Shown one piece after another: positions 58,642 through 64,000 of a DNA stretch of 64,000 nt. The DNA lies in the NCBI GenBank assembly GCA_910584935.1, contig CAJUDU010000003.1, positions 7,617 through 71,616 on the forward strand. Direction: 5' to 3'. This DNA comes from an uncultured Butyricicoccus sp. (lineage in GTDB: Bacteria > Bacillota > Clostridia > Oscillospirales > Butyricicoccaceae). The notes below the pieces were generated by a model, which was not told the origin of the DNA, searched no databases, and worked only from the letters and a program-made list of their open reading frames with translations. Position 1 is the first letter of the stretch. Each line of letters begins with the position of its first letter. The translations under genes and the position numbers were made by a program.

Positions 58642-59934
58642 CTATGCTTCAGCCAAATGGACCAAAAGGGCATCCCCCTTTGCTGCATAAACAATGGCGT
58701 CGTGATATTGATTTTTATAGCAGTCAATATCCTTTGTTTTTACAATAAAAGAATATGGCGCATGACCACACCAAAATCCTTCTTTATCCTGATGTTCCCA
58801 TAACACTTGCAGGCGTTGCCCAATAAAGCCTGTAAGGTATTCTTGGCGTAACTGCGCTGCAATATGGCTTGCAGTTTCCGCACGTGACTGCTTCACTGCT
58901 GGCGGGAGCTGCTCGGGCATATTGGCAGCAACAGTCCCCTTTTGCGAGGAGTATGGGAACACATGGATATCTGCGAAGCGGCACTGGCGGATAAAATCCA
59001 GTGTCTGCCCAAATTCCGTTTCTGTTTCTCCTGGGAACCCAGTGATTAAATCTGTTGTTATGGAGCAGTTCGGGAATGCAGCACGAAGCTGCTGGATATT
59101 CTCATAAAATAGCGCAGTGGTATATTTCCGTTTCATGCGTGCAAGCACACTGTCACAGCCGCTTTGCAGGGATAAATGAAAATGCGGCATAAGATTTGGG
59201 TATTGGGATAAAGCGCATAAATGTTTATCCGCTGTACGAGGTTCCAAAGATCCTAACCGTATCCGGGTTTGCGGTACTGCACGGCAAATGGCTTCAATCA
59301 GCATATGCAAATTTACGTCAGCGCCCAAATCCCGTCCATAGGATGAAATTTCAATGCCTGTCAGCACGATTTCATGCACCCCCTGCCCTGCCAGATGGAC
59401 GGCTTGCCGCACAGCGCTTTCTACAGGTAAGGACCGGATATGCCCGCGTGCATATGGGATGATACAATAAGTGCAGTAATTGTCACAGCCGTCTTGTACT
59501 TTCAGCAGGGCGCGTGTGCGCCCTTGCGGTACACCTGGCGGTAGCTGCTCAAATCCTGGCACAGGGGTGCGGAAGTGCGTGGTGTCTACTTCTTCCCTGC
59601 CCAGTGCATACCGTTCACAGAGATCCAGCACACCTGCACGGTCAAATGTGCCGCAGACCAAATCAACTTCTCCAGTTGCATACAGCCTGTCCGGTTCCAT
59701 TTGTGCCATGCAGCCACATACGGCCAAGATCGCATCTGGGTTTTCGCGCCGCATTTTATGGATGGCACGGATATTCTTATGTTCACTGGACGATGTCACT
59801 GTACATGAGTTCATAATGCACACATCTGCACCCTGTTGTACGATTTCATGCCCGCGTGTTTGCGCAAGCTGTACCAGCGCTTCGGATTCAAAACGGTTTA
59901 CCTTACATCCGAGCGCAGAAAAACAAAATTTCAT
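58642..59934 (-). CDS. mtaB: tRNA t6A37 methylthiotransferase MtaB
   Basis: LGCKVNRFES, NSCTVT, KVQDGCDNYCTYC, RLGSLEP, HFHLSLQSG. Confidence 0.92.
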   Translation of the reverse strand: MKFCFSALGCKVNRFESEALVQLAQTRGHEIVQQGADVCIMNSCTVTSSSEHKNIRAIHKMRRENPDAILAVCGCMAQMEPDRLYATGEVDLVCGTFDRAGVLDLCERYALGREEVDTTHFRTPVPGFEQLPPGVPQGRTRALLKVQDGCDNYCTYCIIPYARGHIRSLPVESAVRQAVHLAGQGVHEIVLTGIEISSYGRDLGADVNLHMLIEAICRAVPQTRIRLGSLEPRTADKHLCALSQYPNLMPHFHLSLQSGCDSVLARMKRKYTTALFYENIQQLRAAFPNCSITTDLITGFPGETETEFGQTLDFIRQCRFADIHVFPYSSQKGTVAANMPEQLPPAVKQSRAETASHIAAQLRQEYLTGFIGQRLQVLWEHQDKEGFWCGHAPYSFIVKTKDIDCYKNQYHDAIVYAAKGDALLVHLAEA

Positions 59935-60113
59935 ATCAGTATCCTTTGCGAAATATCATTACTGTCCCCAATATTATAGCGCAAATATTCTAAAAAAAGC
60001 AAGAAGGTTTCTTTTTCCTGCGAAATAGGGATATATCACCGCTTTTCATTGCAAATATGTTATGAATTTGTGGTGCGTGGATGATTTTTCTGAAAATTTA
60101 CTGGAATTTAGGT

Positions 60114-60202
60114 TTGACAAGTGGACAGGCATATGTTATCATGTAACCGGAATGTAACTTATTTTTGTTACTGTTTTGTAATTTAAGAACTTATTCTGTA
60201 AC
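60114..60202 (+). promoter_or_regulatory. Sigma-A promoter overlapped by WalR-type boxes
   Basis: TTGACA-17 nt-TATCAT; TGTAAC-N5-TGTAAC (60142-60158) and TGTTAC-N5-TGTAAT (60166-60182). Confidence 0.6.
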
Positions 60203-60219
60203 TGCCAAAGGAGGGTAAT

Positions 60220-60522
60220 ATGCCTGCAAATGCAAAAAAGGACAGTGTCCTTCGGTACAAGGGCCATCCCCTGATGCGCAGGGACAATGTCATTTATTAT
60301 GGCAGCATGACCGACAGCCATATTATTATGATGCAGATATTAGACTGCAAAAAAGAAAATGGCTTAGAGATTTCATCCCGCGTATCGGTGCAGCTGCAAA
60401 AGACCATCCCCGGTCTTCGCACCCGTGAACGTATTGTCAAGAGCACGGAAAAAAACAGCCTGTGGAGCGCAATGGATATTGCATCAATCTGGCTTAACCG
60501 TGCATTATCGTCAAAATCATAA
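60220..60522 (+). CDS. Hypothetical basic protein
   Basis: GGAGG RBS and 100-aa ORF; no family recognised. Confidence 0.75.
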   Translation: MPANAKKDSVLRYKGHPLMRRDNVIYYGSMTDSHIIMMQILDCKKENGLEISSRVSVQLQKTIPGLRTRERIVKSTEKNSLWSAMDIASIWLNRALSSKS

Positions 60523-60565
60523 ATGTTATCCCGGTGAACCCCGGAAACAAACAGGAGGTTATTTC

Positions 60566-61495
60566 ATGAATTCGTCAAAGCGATTGATAAAACTTGCTGT
60601 ATCAGGCACGCTTGCCGCATCCCTTTGCTTTGCATCTGCTTCTGCATTATATACCGGTGAGATTACTGCCAGCAGCTTAAACCTGCGTGCTACCCCAGGT
60701 GGTGAAGCGATTACTTCCCTGCCAAAGGGCACAAAGCTGGCTGTTATCAGTAACTCTACCGAATGGTATCAGGTTGCTGTTAATGGGCAGACTGCTTATG
60801 TCAGCGGCGCATATGTCAGCTGGGCACAGGATTGTGACTTCGCACTGGGCAGCGGTGTTATCAAATGCTCCACCACTGTAAATTTTCGCAGTGAGCCATC
60901 TACCGAAAGCAAAGTCCTTGCTTCTCTTACAAATGGCACCAAAGTAGATGTTGTTGGCATTTCTAAGGGCTGGTATAAGGTGAGCTGCAATGGGCAGACC
61001 GGTTACATACATCCAGATTATTTGACTATTGCAGGCGGTAGCACTGTCACGACTAAAACTGCGAATAAACCAGCGGCAGTTGGCGCAAATGTAAGCATGG
61101 CGGAAGTTTCGGCTTCTGGTGATGTGCGTCAGGATATCCTTGATTTTGCCGCACAGTTCCTTGGCACACCGTATCGTTATGGCGGCAACAGTCCAGAAAC
61201 TGGGTTTGACTGCTCTGGCTTTACTTCTTATGTTTATAAGAACGTTGTCACTTCTATTGCCCGTACATCTTCTGACCAGCGTGCAACAACAAAGAATATT
61301 TCCCGTGATGAACTTCTGCCAGGTGATTTGGTATTCTTCGGTTCTGGCGATAATGTCAGCCATGTTGGTATTTATGTCGGTAATGGTCAGTTTATTCATT
61401 CCCCACATACAGGGTCTTCTATCAAGTATGATACACTTGATTCCGGCAACTATGACCGCCGTTTCATCTGCGGCGGGCGTGTGCTGGCTGACTGA
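60566..61495 (+). CDS. Secreted SH3b-SH3b-NlpC/P60 peptidoglycan endopeptidase
   Basis: Signal peptide, two SH3b domains (LNLRA..WYQV, VNFRS..WYKV), PYRYGG, FDCSG, HVGIY; start at ATG 60566. Confidence 0.93.
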   Translation: MNSSKRLIKLAVSGTLAASLCFASASALYTGEITASSLNLRATPGGEAITSLPKGTKLAVISNSTEWYQVAVNGQTAYVSGAYVSWAQDCDFALGSGVIKCSTTVNFRSEPSTESKVLASLTNGTKVDVVGISKGWYKVSCNGQTGYIHPDYLTIAGGSTVTTKTANKPAAVGANVSMAEVSASGDVRQDILDFAAQFLGTPYRYGGNSPETGFDCSGFTSYVYKNVVTSIARTSSDQRATTKNISRDELLPGDLVFFGSGDNVSHVGIYVGNGQFIHSPHTGSSIKYDTLDSGNYDRRFICGGRVLAD

Positions 61496-61512
61496 TTCTA
61501 TTATATTGTATG

Positions 61513-61555
61513 AAAGCCTGTCAGGAAAAATAACTTGACAGGCTTTTATTTTTTA
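61513..61555 (+). terminator. Intrinsic terminator
   Basis: AAAGCCTGTCA...TGACAGGCTTT followed by a T-rich tail. Confidence 0.8.
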
Positions 61556-61560
61556 TTTGC

Positions 61561-61600
61561 AAAAAGAAAGCCGCCCCATTGCCATGGGACGGCTGTTTTT
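61561..61600 (-). terminator. Intrinsic terminator after serA
   Basis: AGCCG.CCCAT...ATGGG.CGGCT with a flanking A-tract. Confidence 0.65.
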
Positions 61601-61605
61601 GAGTT

Positions 61606-62769
61606 TTACTGAATGGTACGGACAGAAATAATGCCATCAATATTTTTTATGGTAGAAAGCACAGATTCTGTTGGGGCAACGGATACATCCATAATGGTGT
61701 ATGCATAATCACCTTTAGAACGGTTGCCCATATTTTCGATGTTTGCGCCTGACTGTGCCAGCACATTTGTTACACTGCCGATAATGCCTTGTGCATTTTT
61801 ATGGATCATACAGATGCGGTAACCGCCTTCATACGGTACTTTCAGGTTTGGGAAGTTAATAGAATTGCGGATTGTACCCTTCTCCAGGTATTCTGTGATT
61901 TCATAAACTGCCATTTTCGCACAGTTATCTTCACTTTCTGGCGTAGATGCGCCAAGATGCGGCAAAGTAATCGCGTTTTGCTGCGCAAGGATACAGTCAG
62001 ACGCAAAGTCTGAAACATAAGCTGCAATTTTTCCACTTTCCAACGCTGCAGCAACAGCCTGTTCATCTGCCAATTCTCCGCGGGCAAGATTGATGATACG
62101 AACACCATCTTTCATTTGTGCGATTGTTTCTGCACTGATGGTATGCTTCGTATCTGGGGTCAGCGGTACATGGATGGTAATGTAATCGCAGCTTGCAAAA
62201 ATATCCTTGATATCCGTGACGTGCTTTACCGAGCGGGATAACGCCAACGCACCGTCAACAGACAGGTATGGGTCATATCCCCAGACCTCCATATCCAGAC
62301 CAACGGCTGCATTGGCAACTTTTACACCGATTGCGCCTAAGCCGATAATGCCAAGACGTTTTCCGGCGATTTCCGGACCAGCATAGGTTGCCTTGCCCTT
62401 TTCTGCGGCAGGGCCAATGTCTGGTGTGCCTTTTAAGGAAGACACCCAGTTTGCACCCTGTACAACCTTGCGTGATGCAAGCAGCAATGCACAAATGACC
62501 AATTCCTTGACAGCATTTGCATTCGCGCCTGGCGTATTGAATACAACAATACCTTCCGATGAACAGCGGTCAACAGGGATATTATTGACGCCAGCACCTG
62601 CGCGGGCAATACACTTTAACCCTTCTGGGAACTGCACATCATGCAGTTTTGCTGAGCGCACAAGGATTGCATCATAATTCTCCAGTTCCTCACCATAGAC
62701 GTATTTCTCCGCAGCTAAGCCGTCTAGCCCGATCTGGCTGATTTTATTATAAAGTTTTACGTGGTACAT
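61606..62769 (-). CDS. serA: D-3-phosphoglycerate dehydrogenase (with ACT domain)
   Basis: ARAGAGVNNI, GLGAIG, NLARG, PHLGAST. Confidence 0.93.
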   Translation of the reverse strand: MYHVKLYNKISQIGLDGLAAEKYVYGEELENYDAILVRSAKLHDVQFPEGLKCIARAGAGVNNIPVDRCSSEGIVVFNTPGANANAVKELVICALLLASRKVVQGANWVSSLKGTPDIGPAAEKGKATYAGPEIAGKRLGIIGLGAIGVKVANAAVGLDMEVWGYDPYLSVDGALALSRSVKHVTDIKDIFASCDYITIHVPLTPDTKHTISAETIAQMKDGVRIINLARGELADEQAVAAALESGKIAAYVSDFASDCILAQQNAITLPHLGASTPESEDNCAKMAVYEITEYLEKGTIRNSINFPNLKVPYEGGYRICMIHKNAQGIIGSVTNVLAQSGANIENMGNRSKGDYAYTIMDVSVAPTESVLSTIKNIDGIISVRTIQ

Positions 62770-62833
62770 CAAAGACCCTCCTGCACTTGATATGAAAGAA
62801 GAATGGGGATGCTTCCGTCCCCATTCTGTGTGA

Positions 62834-63925
62834 TTATTTGTTTTCGTCTGCGAATTTTTTCATAAAAGCAACCAGCTTTTCTACACCTTCTACAGGCATT
62901 GCATTATAAATGGAAGCGCGTATGCCGCCAACAGAACGGTGCCCTTTTAGGTTGGACATACCAGCTGCCATAGATTCTTTTGCAAACTTTGCATCCAGTT
63001 CTTCGCTTGCTGTGCGGAACGTAATGTTCATATGGGATCGGCTGCTCTTCTGGGCAACAGGCACATAAAAATCTTGCGAATCAAGATAATTATACAACAT
63101 AGAAGAACGTTTTTCTGCCAATTCCTGCATCACTTTCAAACCGCCCATTTGTTCTACCCATTCCAGGACAAGCCCTAAAATATAGATTGCATAGGTTGGC
63201 GGTGTATTGTACATACTGTTTTTCTCTGCCATCAGTTTCCAATCCAAAATCATTGGATATTTTTCAGCAGGATAATTCCCAAGGAGATCCTCACGGACAA
63301 TCACAACTGTTAAACCAGCAGGTCCCATATTTTTCTGTGCACCTGCATAGATCACACCATATTTAGAAACATCAATCGGCTTTGTCAGGATATTAGAGGA
63401 CATATCTGCAACCAGTGGTACGCCAGCTGGGGTTTGTGGGTCATACTGGAACTCAGTGCCATAGATCGTGTTATTTGCGCAGATATAAAAATAATCTGCA
63501 TCCGGACGGATATCCAAATCTTGTTGGGATGGAACATGGTCAAAGCTTGTTTCTTTTGAAGAATATGCTACATGGATATCACCAAATTTTGTAGCTTCTT
63601 TATAAGCGCTGTTTGCAAAATTACCAGTGACTGCATAATCAGCTTTGCCGGTTTTCAAAAGGTTCATTGGGATTGCAGCGAATTGGGTTGTTGCACCGCC
63701 CTGCAAAAACAGCACCTTATAATTTTCCGGAATGCCCATAACACGGCGCAATGCGGCCTCGGTATCCTTAATGATTGTGTCATAGACCTTGGAGCGATGG
63801 CTCATCTCCATGACTGACATACCGGAACCATGATAATTGGTCATTTCAGAAGCAGCCTTTTCCAGCACGGAAAGTGGCAGCATAGATGGGCCTGCGGCAA
63901 AATTATAAATTCTGGTTTCTGACAT
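62834..63925 (-). CDS. serC: Phosphoserine aminotransferase
   Basis: NFAAGP, MEMSHRS, DMSS, GAQKN, GHRSVGG. Confidence 0.96.
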   Translation of the reverse strand: MSETRIYNFAAGPSMLPLSVLEKAASEMTNYHGSGMSVMEMSHRSKVYDTIIKDTEAALRRVMGIPENYKVLFLQGGATTQFAAIPMNLLKTGKADYAVTGNFANSAYKEATKFGDIHVAYSSKETSFDHVPSQQDLDIRPDADYFYICANNTIYGTEFQYDPQTPAGVPLVADMSSNILTKPIDVSKYGVIYAGAQKNMGPAGLTVVIVREDLLGNYPAEKYPMILDWKLMAEKNSMYNTPPTYAIYILGLVLEWVEQMGGLKVMQELAEKRSSMLYNYLDSQDFYVPVAQKSSRSHMNITFRTASEELDAKFAKESMAAGMSNLKGHRSVGGIRASIYNAMPVEGVEKLVAFMKKFADENK

Positions 63926-64000
63926 CGTTCAAGTTACCTGCCTTTCAGTTTAACGCATATCTGACCAAAGATAGAAAGATATATTCCTTTTAAAAAAAGA

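Noticed and set aside
58374..59934. Cys-rich peptide plus adjacent radical SAM gene as a ranthipeptide/sactipeptide (RiPP) cluster
   Set aside because: The enzyme has MtaB methylthiotransferase motifs and no SPASM or RRE features, no transporter or protease is nearby, and the peptide has a TM helix and apparently its own promoter.

Overview
Core chromosomal region of a spore-forming Clostridia-class Firmicute; the finer taxon (possibly Oscillospiraceae/Butyricicoccaceae-like) is an inference. I saw no mobile elements, CRISPR arrays or rRNA. From left to right: an OmpR-type two-component pair; a minus-strand aromatic amino acid operon (aroF-aroB-aroC-pheA-aroA-aroE/aroK fusion, then an SLH surface protein) under a Phe-specifier T-box; spoIIIAA-AH; asp23-nusB-tsaD paralog-xseAB-ispA; a ~645-nt OLE-class large noncoding RNA with its partner gene oapA; dxs-tlyA-nadK-argR-recN-tyrS; ligA-gatCAB; yerC-methyltransferase-hslO. 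Gene orientation then flips at ~38.2 kb, where there is a 28-bp dif-like site. The minus-strand block runs efp-CD1247-like-tRNA-Val, TIGR03960/TIGR03936 radical SAM pair, miaB-mutS-mutL-miaA-hfq, HlyD-like-yggS-sepF-yggT-divIVA-ileS-lspA-rluD. The right end holds an esterase, mtaB, an SH3-NlpC/P60 hydrolase and serC-serA. The main signals absent from the ORF track are the OLE RNA, a 58-aa membrane-anchored 14-Cys microprotein with a sigma-K-like promoter, the dif-like site, a WalR-box array, the T-box and the tRNA. All family assignments come from motif recognition and gene order, not from database searches.
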